The position numbers and the translations under genes are program-made. Below are positions 8,934-17,294 of a stretch of DNA of 64,000 nt, one piece after another. Source of the stretch: Dehalococcoidia bacterium (GTDB taxonomy: Bacteria; Chloroflexota; Dehalococcoidia; Lucifugimonadales; UBA3495); contig DAOULH010000025.1 of assembly GCA_034420475.1 (NCBI GenBank), forward strand, positions 65,593 to 129,592, given 5' to 3'. Below the pieces are notes generated by a model. That model had not been told where the DNA came from. It made no database searches and saw nothing but the letters and a program-made list of their open reading frames with translations. Numbering within the stretch: the stretch's first letter is position 1; every line of letters begins with the position of its first letter.

Positions 8934-10109
8934 CTAGGCGTTGTCCGGCTCCCAGCCCCAGGGCCTTGGCCCCCAACCGGCTTCGAACACCTCGCCCTGC
9001 TTCACGGACAACACGGGAGTTACCGCCCGTTCCGACTGCCGGCCGTTGCCCAGCACGTCGTAAACCACCCAATCGCCGTCCTGGATGTCCAGCACCGAAA
9101 CGTCGGCTTGCTTGCCGACTTCCAGGCTGCCCAGGCGCTCTTCTTCGCCGATAGCCCGCGCCGGATTGATGGTGCACATCTCCACCACCCGGTCCAGGGT
9201 GAAGCCCATGGCCAGGAAGCGGGTCATCATTTCGGTCATGCTGTGGACGGTGCGGATGCGGCCGGGCACGGTGAGGTCGGTGCTGATGCAGTGGGGTTCC
9301 ACGCCCTGGTCCAGCACTCGCTCGCCGATGTCGAAGCTGAAGTTGGCGCGCCCGTGGGCGGTGTCCAGCCAGACCCCGCGCTCATGGGCCTCGCGCGCCT
9401 CGGGCACCAGGTTGCCGTCACTGTCCAGCACGCCGCCCGGGTTGGCGGTGAAGAAGTGAGTGACAATGTCTCCCGGCTCCATGAGGGGCAGCAGATCCCG
9501 GATCACCTCGGCGGGATAGCGTTTTTCGGTGTCGCCGATGTGCACCATGAGCCGCACGCCGGCCTCCCGGGCCGCGCGCTTGGCCAGGCGGGGCATCTCC
9601 ATACCCATGATCTCCAGGGCGGGAGAAACCATGCGGGCCTTGATGCCTCGAATGGTTCCGTTGCTCTCCTCGACTACCTGTATGGTTCTTTCGAGGTCGA
9701 TGCTGCTGGGCGAGAAGATGTCCGGCGTGGTGGCCAACCCCGTGCGACAGATGTGCAGGAAGGGGATGACCTCGGTGGCGTTGTTGGGAATGATGTGCGC
9801 CGGGAAACCGCCGTAGGTGTCGCAGCCGCTGCTGCCGGCGTCCACCATGGTGGTGACGCCGGCGCGGACGCCGCCCACGTCGGCGTTGACGCCGTTGCCG
9901 TTGACGCCCTCGTACACATGGGTGTGCAGGTCGATCAGGCCAGGGGTGACGTATCTGCCGCGCACCTCGACCACGCGGGAAGCCTCGTCGGCCGAGATGT
10001 CGGCGGCGACGGCGGCGATCTTGCCGTCGGTGATGGCGACGTCGTAAGCGCCGTTCAGGTTCTGCGTGGGATCGATTACCGTGCCGCCTTTGATGAGCAG
10101 GTCGTACAT
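8934..10109 (-). CDS. amidohydrolase/deacetylase family metallohydrolase
   Basis: MYDLLIKGGTVIDP...GLIDLHTHVYEG metal-binding HxH motif; ATG at 10109 is preceded by GGAGGGA. Confidence 0.85.
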   Translation of the reverse strand: MYDLLIKGGTVIDPTQNLNGAYDVAITDGKIAAVAADISADEASRVVEVRGRYVTPGLIDLHTHVYEGVNGNGVNADVGGVRAGVTTMVDAGSSGCDTYGGFPAHIIPNNATEVIPFLHICRTGLATTPDIFSPSSIDLERTIQVVEESNGTIRGIKARMVSPALEIMGMEMPRLAKRAAREAGVRLMVHIGDTEKRYPAEVIRDLLPLMEPGDIVTHFFTANPGGVLDSDGNLVPEAREAHERGVWLDTAHGRANFSFDIGERVLDQGVEPHCISTDLTVPGRIRTVHSMTEMMTRFLAMGFTLDRVVEMCTINPARAIGEEERLGSLEVGKQADVSVLDIQDGDWVVYDVLGNGRQSERAVTPVLSVKQGEVFEAGWGPRPWGWEPDNA

Positions 10110-10179
10110 GGGTGGGTCCCTCCAAATGGTACGATTAGTCGCTAGACGCTGCCTGTAACCGCCAACAGAATACCGGATT

Positions 10180-11001
10180 ATGAGCATTGCTGGCAAACTG
10201 GTATTCGGCAACAATGTTCGCCGATTGCGCGAATCTCTGGGAATGACTCAGGAGAATCTTGCCGAGTTTGCGGGGTTGGATCGATCATACATCGGCGGCA
10301 TTGAGCGTGGGGAGCGCAACCCAGCCTTAACCGCCATCTTGCAGTTGGCATCGGCGTTGGGAATTGAGCCAGGGCGTCTTTTCGAGGGTATTGGCGAAAA
10401 TACGCCGGACGTGATGCGCTCGATACTGGCCCGATGGAATTTCACCGATGAAGAACTGACACAGCTGATAGACAGCAACCCAAGTTTAAGGGGAATGGTG
10501 CTCGGATACTTGGCCGAGATGAAATTGGAACGTCTCTGGTTATCGGACCCAAGGTTTTCAGAAGTGTCCAAGCACGATGATCATGACCGTGCACACCACA
10601 ATGACCGAGTGGCTGTTTATAAGGGAAGGGGGTTCACCCTGGAGTCGAAATCTCTCCAGACTTCTACGGTTCAGAGAACCCCAGAAGGTTGGATCGGCAA
10701 GGCCCAAGTGGACGCGAGTGACCGTCGTGAGATAGCGTTCCCTGATGGGAGTGTCGTGAGCACTACTTGCCTGCTGCGTGGAGATTTCGACGTACTGGCC
10801 GTTAACCTGTTCGCTTTCGGTGATGAATGGCGCTTTTCGTTCGCCAAGAACTCAGATTTACCTGCGTCTAGATACTCTCGGTACACGGAGTACCAGAGGC
10901 AGCATTTGCTGGCTACTATGGTGGACGTGTCATGGCCACCCCGACCTCCGTTCCGGGCTGACCTTTTTGAGCTACTGGACGAGATGATAAGTCAAGATTA
11001 G
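10180..11001 (+). CDS. XRE-HTH fused to a putative PD-(D/E)xK type II restriction endonuclease
   Basis: N-terminal VRRLRESLGMTQENLAEFAGLDRSYIGGIERGERNP HTH. C-terminal domain has AEMKLE helix, D142 (HNDRVAV) and E155-S-K157 (FTLESKS). It is convergent with a DNA methyltransferase 6 nt away and visibly AT-richer than its surroundings. Confidence 0.6.
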   Translation: MSIAGKLVFGNNVRRLRESLGMTQENLAEFAGLDRSYIGGIERGERNPALTAILQLASALGIEPGRLFEGIGENTPDVMRSILARWNFTDEELTQLIDSNPSLRGMVLGYLAEMKLERLWLSDPRFSEVSKHDDHDRAHHNDRVAVYKGRGFTLESKSLQTSTVQRTPEGWIGKAQVDASDRREIAFPDGSVVSTTCLLRGDFDVLAVNLFAFGDEWRFSFAKNSDLPASRYSRYTEYQRQHLLATMVDVSWPPRPPFRADLFELLDEMISQD

Positions 11002-11007
11002 TCAGAT

Positions 11008-11781
11008 TCAGCGGGATCGAACCGGAGATTTCTCAAAGACTAAAAAATAAGAGTGATTCTTCCGCGCATGGTTCTGCTTCTTGATGCGACTGACACCCGG
11101 TTTGTTTGGCCTGACCACAACAAACAGGTCCTTGCAATAAAACCCCATCTGAGCGTATTCGTTGATTATCTCGACGTGCGTTAGGTGCTGTCGGTTGGCG
11201 CTTACTTCGTCCTGGCACTTAACAATCAGGACGCCCTTACTACGCAATACGCGATAAGCTTCGGTGCCTGATTGCTTGTACATTTCGAGCACGGCTCCAT
11301 GCCATTTTGCGCCGTTGGAAGCAGGTTCTTCGCTACCGTTTGAGTAGTGATCTCTAAAAGCCTTGTGAGTGCCACCGCCTGCTTTCTCTGAGTCGTTCTT
11401 CCGGTAGAACCCTTCCATATAAGGCGGATCTAACACGACACAATCTAACGAGTCGTCGCCGTATGGGAGTTCGCGGCAGTCTGTGCCGTCCGCTATGTCA
11501 GACGTGAACAGGGTATAATCCGTTGCTTGTACCTGCCGCCAGAATGACCCTTTTCCATAGGTAACGTCGGCGATGATCGATCCGGTGGGGACATGGAGTT
11601 TTAGTATCTCAGGAAAAACGTCGGCATTGTTGCCAACATGGGCGGAGAGCACCAACCGAGTAGTGGCTTGTCCCGACGGTGACCTACGCCTCTTGAGCGG
11701 CGCATCAGCAGTGATGCCGTCCTGATCTGGGGCAACTTGGGCGAAAAGGTCGGCAAAGGCGGGCGTAGACATGGCTGGCAT
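11008..11781 (-). CDS. site-specific DNA methyltransferase (N6-adenine or N4-cytosine, DPPY type)
   Basis: [11 protein letters not shown] (SAM-binding-like), [11 protein letters not shown] catalytic motif, C-terminal HSYFLVFEK; GGAGGA lies upstream of the ATG. Confidence 0.8.
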   Translation of the reverse strand: MPAMSTPAFADLFAQVAPDQDGITADAPLKRRRSPSGQATTRLVLSAHVGNNADVFPEILKLHVPTGSIIADVTYGKGSFWRQVQATDYTLFTSDIADGTDCRELPYGDDSLDCVVLDPPYMEGFYRKNDSEKAGGGTHKAFRDHYSNGSEEPASNGAKWHGAVLEMYKQSGTEAYRVLRSKGVLIVKCQDEVSANRQHLTHVEIINEYAQMGFYCKDLFVVVRPNKPGVSRIKKQNHARKNHSYFLVFEKSPVRSR

Positions 11782-11879
11782 CCTCCAGCGCTGGCGTCCG
11801 GCAGTTTAGGGATTAGCTCCAGGCAATCCCCTTCGAAAACACCAGTTTGAGTGACGTCTATCGTTTTCAGTTCGGTCAT
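11782..11879 (-). pseudogene. remnant N-terminus of a second DNA methyltransferase
   Basis: The first ~30 codons of ORF 11601..11879 read [30 protein letters not shown], the usual lead-in to (V/I)DLIxTDPPY. The reading then degenerates and runs out of frame into the start of 11008..11781. Confidence 0.35.
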
Positions 11880-12050
11880 GGCTCGAAGGATCTTCGGGAC
11901 TGTGATTTCGTGGCGATGATAAATTGACAGTCTCTATTGACGCAAGGGGAGAATGTCAGCAATCTGGCGGCCTCTTCGCCGATGCCCTATACTGCCGGCC
12001 AGTAAACACGGCAGTATTTTCCTGCGGATTCACCGCGAAGGCAGGTTGTT

Positions 12051-13802
12051 ATGCCCATCGGACTCAGAAGCTACCGCCCCCTGGTGGGCGGTGTCACCCA
12101 CATGGTCAGCACCGGTCACTACCTGGCTACTGCGGCCGGCTACCGGATTCTCGAGCACGGCGGCAACGCCATTGACGCCGGCGTGGCGGCCGGCATCGTG
12201 ATCAACGTGACGCTGCCCCAGTACACTAGCTTTGGCGGCGTGGCTCCCATCATCATCCACCACGCCGAGTCCGGCGACACCAGGGAAATCAGCGGCCTGG
12301 GTCGTTGGCCGGCCGAGGCGTCCATCGACTATTTCCGGCGCGAACACGGCGGCGACATACCCCACGGGGTGATGCGCACCGTAACGCCGGCCGCGCCGGA
12401 CGCCTGGCTCACCGCGCTGAGCCGGTACGGCACCATGACCTTCGAGCAAGTGGTCACGCCGGCGCTGGAACTGGCCTCCCACGGCTTCCCGATCCCGGCC
12501 ACGCTGCACCGCGCCCTGGTCAGCAGCGGCGACAACATCATCCTCGACGAAGGAGATACCAGCCAGTGGGCCAGTACCATGGAGATCTTCTACCCCAACG
12601 GCAAGGCCCTGGGCGTCGGCGATCTCCTGGTGCAGTCTGACCTGGCCCGCACCTTCCGGCGCATGATCGACGCGGAGCGCGCCGCAGCCGGGCAAGGCCG
12701 TGAGGCCGCCATACGGAAAGCCCGAGACTTGTTTTACAAGGGTGACATTGCCGAGGAGATGGTCGCGTTCATCCGGAGCCAGGGCGGATGGCTGTCCATG
12801 AGCGACCTGGCGGCCTTCTCCGTGGGGGTGGACGCTCCGCCAATGATCGACTACAAGGGCATCGACGTGTACGCCTGCGGGCCGTGGTGCCAGGGGCCGA
12901 TGAACCTCCACGCCCTGCGCATCCTGGAAGGCTGCGACCTCCAGGGAATGGGCCACAACTCCGCCGAGTATATCCACACCGTGCTGGAGGCTCTCAAGCT
13001 GGCTTTCGCCGACCGTCACGCCTATTACGGCGACCCCGATTTCGTGGACGTGCCCATGGCCGGCCTGCTCTCCCGCGAATATGCGGAGATACGACGCAAG
13101 GAGATCGACCTCCGCCGGGCCCACCCCGAGATGCCCGACGCCGGAGATCCCTGGGCGTTCCAGGCGGGCAGCGGTCACGCGGCCCGCAAACCGGAGCCGG
13201 TGGCCGGCCCGTTGTCCGCTGACACCTCGTACATCTGCGCGGTGGACCGCTGGGGCAACGCTTTCTCGGCCACGCCCAGCGACGGGTTCGGCGGAGCGCC
13301 CATCGTGCCGGGCCTGGGGTTCATGGTGTCGGCTCGTGGCGCGCAGAACTGGCTGGATGAAGACCACCCCGCCGGCCTCGCCCCCGGGAAACGGCCGCGC
13401 CTGACTCCTAATCCGGCCATGGCGTTCAAGGACGGCAAGCCGTGGATGCCCTTCGGAACGCCGGGCGGCGACGTGCAGCCCCAGTCCATGGTGCAACTGT
13501 TCCTGAACGTCGCCGAATTCGGCATGGATGTGCAGCAGGCCATTGAGGCTCCCCGCGCCTCCACCTGGAGCTTCCCCAACTCTTTCTGGCCGCACGCCTA
13601 CCGTCCCGGCCTGGTGGGTGTCGAATCCCGCATCGAACCGTCCGTAGTGGACGACCTGCGGAAACGCGGCCACGACGTCGACGTGTGGAACGAGTGGACG
13701 CCACGGATGGGTTCGCTGTGCGCCATCGAGATTGATCGTGAGCGCGGCAGCCTGTTCGGCGGCGCCGACCTGCGGCGGGACGGCTACGCCATGGGGCGGT
13801 AG
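12051..13802 (+). CDS. gamma-glutamyltransferase family protein
   Basis: 583 aa; N-terminal GGNAIDAGVAAG; autoprocessing/catalytic Thr context DTSYICAVDRWGNAFSATPS; C-terminal GGADLRRDGYAMG. Confidence 0.9.
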   Translation: MPIGLRSYRPLVGGVTHMVSTGHYLATAAGYRILEHGGNAIDAGVAAGIVINVTLPQYTSFGGVAPIIIHHAESGDTREISGLGRWPAEASIDYFRREHGGDIPHGVMRTVTPAAPDAWLTALSRYGTMTFEQVVTPALELASHGFPIPATLHRALVSSGDNIILDEGDTSQWASTMEIFYPNGKALGVGDLLVQSDLARTFRRMIDAERAAAGQGREAAIRKARDLFYKGDIAEEMVAFIRSQGGWLSMSDLAAFSVGVDAPPMIDYKGIDVYACGPWCQGPMNLHALRILEGCDLQGMGHNSAEYIHTVLEALKLAFADRHAYYGDPDFVDVPMAGLLSREYAEIRRKEIDLRRAHPEMPDAGDPWAFQAGSGHAARKPEPVAGPLSADTSYICAVDRWGNAFSATPSDGFGGAPIVPGLGFMVSARGAQNWLDEDHPAGLAPGKRPRLTPNPAMAFKDGKPWMPFGTPGGDVQPQSMVQLFLNVAEFGMDVQQAIEAPRASTWSFPNSFWPHAYRPGLVGVESRIEPSVVDDLRKRGHDVDVWNEWTPRMGSLCAIEIDRERGSLFGGADLRRDGYAMGR

Positions 13803-13921
13803 CCTCTGAACGCTCTGACTTTGGCGGGGTGAATGATGTTCACCCCGCGTACTGCGCTGCTGTGGAGGATGGCGGAATGGTTACGAGAACCGACCAGTCG
13901 GAGTTGCCGAAAGACGACGCA

Positions 13922-14206
13922 ATGCCCCAGGCCGAGGAGTTTGAGGTACTGCTGCTGTCCTGTTCCGAGGAAACCGGATATGCAGTGTTCGTGCCCGCGC
14001 TGCCGGGCTGCGCGTCGCAAGGCGAAGACTGGGACGAAGCCCTGTACATGATTCAGGACGCAATCGAACTCTTTTTGGAAGTTGCTGAGCGTCCCCAAGT
14101 GGATGTGGCCGCTGAAACAGAACAGATTAAGCGGGATTGGGAGCCGCAGGGTTACTTGGTAGAGTCTGCGCAGGTGTGGGTTAACTGCGATGCCGGTTCC
14201 GATTAG
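13922..14206 (+). CDS. hicB: HicB-family antitoxin
   Basis: EEFEVLLLSCSEETGYAVFVPALPGCASQGEDWDEALYMIQDAIELFLE (UPF0150/HicB N-domain pattern). Start is uncertain (13829, 13877 or 13922). Confidence 0.7.
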   Translation: MPQAEEFEVLLLSCSEETGYAVFVPALPGCASQGEDWDEALYMIQDAIELFLEVAERPQVDVAAETEQIKRDWEPQGYLVESAQVWVNCDAGSD

Positions 14207-14522
14207 GAACGTGACATTCGCGGAAGCTCTAGCTGTCTTGCGCCGGTACGGATTCCGGATAGTCAGCGAGCGAGCCAGTCGCCGAAGACGTGGTCGGGGC
14301 AGTCATGTCAATATGACCAACGGCGTTGTCACCATCACACTCACCGATTGGGGCAGCGTTCCGATAAATGCCGCTTTGTTAGGCAGAGAAATAGAACGGG
14401 CCGGCATAGATATAACCGCTTTCCTCTGGGCCTTGGGCCGACATAACCGGCGGGGGCACCCGGCGCCCCGGGGCTGGCGTCCCGGTATGCCGGTTCCGGA
14501 AGGGGAGCGGGACCGGAGTTGA
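14190..14522 (+). CDS. hicA: HicA-family mRNA interferase toxin (C-terminally extended)
   Basis: LRRYGFRIVSERA...GSHVNMTNGVVTITL matches the HicA pattern; overlaps hicB by 17 nt. Confidence 0.65.
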   Translation: MPVPIRNVTFAEALAVLRRYGFRIVSERASRRRRGRGSHVNMTNGVVTITLTDWGSVPINAALLGREIERAGIDITAFLWALGRHNRRGHPAPRGWRPGMPVPEGERDRS

Positions 14523-14545
14523 GGCAACCCCAACACGCAGGCTCA

Positions 14546-15079
14546 ATGATGAACAGCCGGCAAGCCATCGCCGAACTGGTGCGCCCGCATATTCATCGCG
14601 GGCGGTTTGTCCTGGAGGACAACCGGACCATCGACTGGTACGTCAATGGGCGTGCATTCATGCTCACACCGGAGGGGAGTATTCTGGCCGGGCGGATCAT
14701 CGGCAACATGCTGGCCGACGAGGTGCGTTGCATCGGCGGACCGGCAACGGCGGCAATCCCCGTGGTGGCCGCGGTGGTACATCAATCCGGCGTGCCGCGC
14801 ACCGGGTTCTACGTGCGAGCCGAGGCCAAGGCATACGGGATGCTCAACCGGATCGAAGGCAACCTCGAGCCCCAGGTGGCAGTTGTGGACGACACTTGCT
14901 ACACCGGCGATTCGCTCATCCGGTGCATCCGGGCCGTGGAGGAAGCGGGCTCGGTGGTCAGGCAGGTTGTGGCCGTGTTTGACCGGGGGGACGGCGGCGA
15001 GCGCATTCGTGAGCTGGGCTACGACTACCGGTTCGTGCTGAGGATTGAGAACGGCCAGCCCGTACTGCCCTCCCGTTGA
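14546..15079 (+). CDS. orotate phosphoribosyltransferase-like PRTase
   Basis: PRPP-binding loop VAVVDDTCYTGDSL; start taken at MMNSRQ (14546). Confidence 0.7.
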   Translation: MMNSRQAIAELVRPHIHRGRFVLEDNRTIDWYVNGRAFMLTPEGSILAGRIIGNMLADEVRCIGGPATAAIPVVAAVVHQSGVPRTGFYVRAEAKAYGMLNRIEGNLEPQVAVVDDTCYTGDSLIRCIRAVEEAGSVVRQVVAVFDRGDGGERIRELGYDYRFVLRIENGQPVLPSR

Positions 15080-15132
15080 CCTCTCTGGGGCTTTTTTCGG
15101 GACAGTTCCGCAAGATTTGCCTTTGCCCCGAG

Positions 15133-15271
15133 CCCTCATGCGTACCCGGTTTGTCATCGCGAGGAGCGCAGCGACGTGGCGATCTCGTTCCCGCAGCAGC
15201 GTTCCTTGCCCCGACGAGATTGCCGCGCTGCGCTCGCAATGACAGTTTAGGCGAAGTGGTGCGCGTGAGGG
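15133..15271. repeat. palindromic intergenic repeat, subfamily 1, copy B (core 15153..15243)
   Basis: GTCATCGCGAGGAGCGCAGCGACGTGGCGATCTCGTT ... CGAGATTGCCGCGCTGCGCTCGCAATGAC. Confidence 0.85.
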
Positions 15272-15330
15272 ATTCCCGGCGATTGGTTGTTTGCCGCCAC
15301 CAGGGGTTTGAGGCTCGGCTGCCGTAAAAT

Positions 15331-16194
15331 GTGTGCGACTTTTCAACGCTGCAGCGCGGTCTCATGAATCAACTGGTCAAAATCTCGGCGGGCCTGGTCA
15401 ACTCCAGCTGGTTCGAGTATTTCATCATCGCCGTCATCATCGCCAACGGCGTTCTGCTGGGCCTGGAAACTATCGCGTCCATCGCTGACGCCTACGGACA
15501 CTGGTTGGAGTTGGGAAACCAGATCGCCCTGGGGATCTTTATCGTTGAAGCCGTTCTCAAGATGGTAGCGTTGTGGCCGCGGATGCAGGACTATTTCCGG
15601 GACGGCTGGAACATCTTCGACTTCATGGTGATCGTCTTTGCCCTGATACCCGCCACCGGCCAGTTTGCGATGATCGCGCGGCTGGCGCGTTTGCTGCGCG
15701 TGGTGCGCCTGATCTCGGCGATACGGGACCTGCGGCTCATCGTGGCGGCCCTGGTGCGCTCCATTCCGAGCGTCGGCCACGTGATCATGCTGATGAGCAT
15801 CGTGGTGTACATCTACGCCATCATGGGCTTCCACCTCTTCCACCAGCACGATCCCGAGCACTGGGGCAGCCTGGCGATTTCGCTTCTCACCCTGTTCAAC
15901 ATCATCACGCTGGACGGCTGGACCGACGTCATGGATACTGCGATGCAGCGACATTCCTTGGCGTGGGTATATTTCGTCAGCTTTGTCGTGGTGGGCACCT
16001 TCGTGGTCATCAATCTGTTCATCGCCATTATCATCAACAGCCTGGACGAGACCAAGAGAGGCAATCTTCAGGAAGGGCTGGAGCCGGTCTCCCGGCAGGA
16101 CCTGGTGCGCGAACTGCGAGCAACCCGGGAGACGCTCAAGCGCCTGGAAGAGCGGTTGAACGCGGATGATGCTGAGGACAAGGACAATCGCTAG
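15331..16194 (+). CDS. BacNav/NaChBac-type voltage-gated cation channel
   Basis: Single 6-TM repeat; S4 RLARLLRVVRLISAIRDLR; filter FNIITLDGWTDVM (15907-15927); C-terminal coiled coil. Alternative start at 15364 (MNQLVK). Confidence 0.85.
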   Translation: MCDFSTLQRGLMNQLVKISAGLVNSSWFEYFIIAVIIANGVLLGLETIASIADAYGHWLELGNQIALGIFIVEAVLKMVALWPRMQDYFRDGWNIFDFMVIVFALIPATGQFAMIARLARLLRVVRLISAIRDLRLIVAALVRSIPSVGHVIMLMSIVVYIYAIMGFHLFHQHDPEHWGSLAISLLTLFNIITLDGWTDVMDTAMQRHSLAWVYFVSFVVVGTFVVINLFIAIIINSLDETKRGNLQEGLEPVSRQDLVRELRATRETLKRLEERLNADDAEDKDNR

Positions 16195-16260
16195 CGCCGC
16201 CGAGCCGTTCCGCACTGGTGGTATCATTGGCCCGAACCACCCCAAATTGGAGGGATTGAC

Positions 16261-17277
16261 GTGCCTTTTGGAGATAATGACTGGCTGGCCCTGACCCAGG
16301 AAGACCCGATAGAGCCCGACATCCCGCTGTGCGACCCGCACCACCACTTCTGGGACCGGCGTATGCAAAGCGTCCCCTACCACCGCTACCTGCTTCACGA
16401 GCTGATGGCCGACCTTGATTCGGGCCACAACGTCCGGTCCACCGTCTTCGTCGAGGCCCGGTCGATGTATCGCGCCGACGGACCGGCGGAGTTGCAGCCG
16501 GTGGGCGAGGTGGAATTTGTGCAGGGGTTGGCGGCGGCCAGCGCCAGCGGCACTTACGGCGAGGCCCGGGCGGCGGCGGCCATCGTGGGTCACGCCGACC
16601 TCAAGCTTGGGGATGACGTGGCCCGGGTGCTGGAAGCGTTGCAGGCAGCGAGCCCGAACCGTTTCAAGGGCATCCGGCACAACGTGACCTGGAGCCCGGA
16701 CCCCCTGATTGAAAACCGCGAGACCCAGGGGATCATGTCCAACGAGACCTTCCGGACCGGAGCCCGGGCGCTGGCCCGCATGGGTCTGTCGCTGGACGTG
16801 ATGCTGTCCTTCCCCCAACTGAACGAGCTTGCCGAGTTTGCGCGGGCGGTGCCGGAGGTATCCATCATCCTCAACCACGTGGGCGGAGTCAGCCGCACCG
16901 GGATTTACGCCGGCAAGGACGACGAGGTCATACCGGCCTGGCGCGACGGCATCCGCGCGGTGGCGGAGTGTCCCAACGTCACGTGCAAGCTGGGCGGGTT
17001 GGGGATGCCCCGTTGGGGGTTCGGCTGGCACGCTCGCGCCGAGCCCATCGGGTCGGAGGAGTTGGCCGAGGCCATGACTCCGTGGATGTCCCACTGCATC
17101 GAACACTTCGGTCCGGATCGCTGCATGTTCGAGAGCAACTTCCCGCCGGACAAGGTCTCGTTCTCGTACAACGTGATGTACAACGCTTTCAAGCGGTTTT
17201 CCCGGAGTTACAGCGCCAGCGAGCGGGCGAACTTGCTGCATGATACGGCGGTCCGGGCATACCGCATCGACACGTAA
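16261..17277 (+). CDS. amidohydrolase family protein (Amidohydro_2-like)
   Basis: GTG start preceded by GGAGGG; CDPHHHFWD metal-binding motif; 338 aa. Confidence 0.8.
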   Translation: MPFGDNDWLALTQEDPIEPDIPLCDPHHHFWDRRMQSVPYHRYLLHELMADLDSGHNVRSTVFVEARSMYRADGPAELQPVGEVEFVQGLAAASASGTYGEARAAAAIVGHADLKLGDDVARVLEALQAASPNRFKGIRHNVTWSPDPLIENRETQGIMSNETFRTGARALARMGLSLDVMLSFPQLNELAEFARAVPEVSIILNHVGGVSRTGIYAGKDDEVIPAWRDGIRAVAECPNVTCKLGGLGMPRWGFGWHARAEPIGSEELAEAMTPWMSHCIEHFGPDRCMFESNFPPDKVSFSYNVMYNAFKRFSRSYSASERANLLHDTAVRAYRIDT

Positions 17278-17294
17278 CGCGAGGACGCGAGGGC

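Noticed and set aside
10110-10179. C-box operator (GACT...AGTC) upstream of the HTH-nuclease gene
   Set aside because: Only a partial AGTCGCTAGAC string is present, with no symmetric double palindrome, so there is not enough evidence to call an operator.
12030-13673. 547-aa ORF antisense to the gamma-glutamyltransferase gene
   Set aside because: It is a shadow ORF typical of high-GC DNA: Arg/Gly/His/Ala-rich, with no motifs. The opposite strand encodes a clearly recognisable GGT with a catalytic Thr context.
15343-17241. 632-aa minus-strand ORF spanning the channel and amidohydrolase genes
   Set aside because: It crosses an intergenic region and two well-supported plus-strand genes, and its low-complexity composition rich in Arg, Gly, His, Asp and Val is that of a high-GC antisense artefact.
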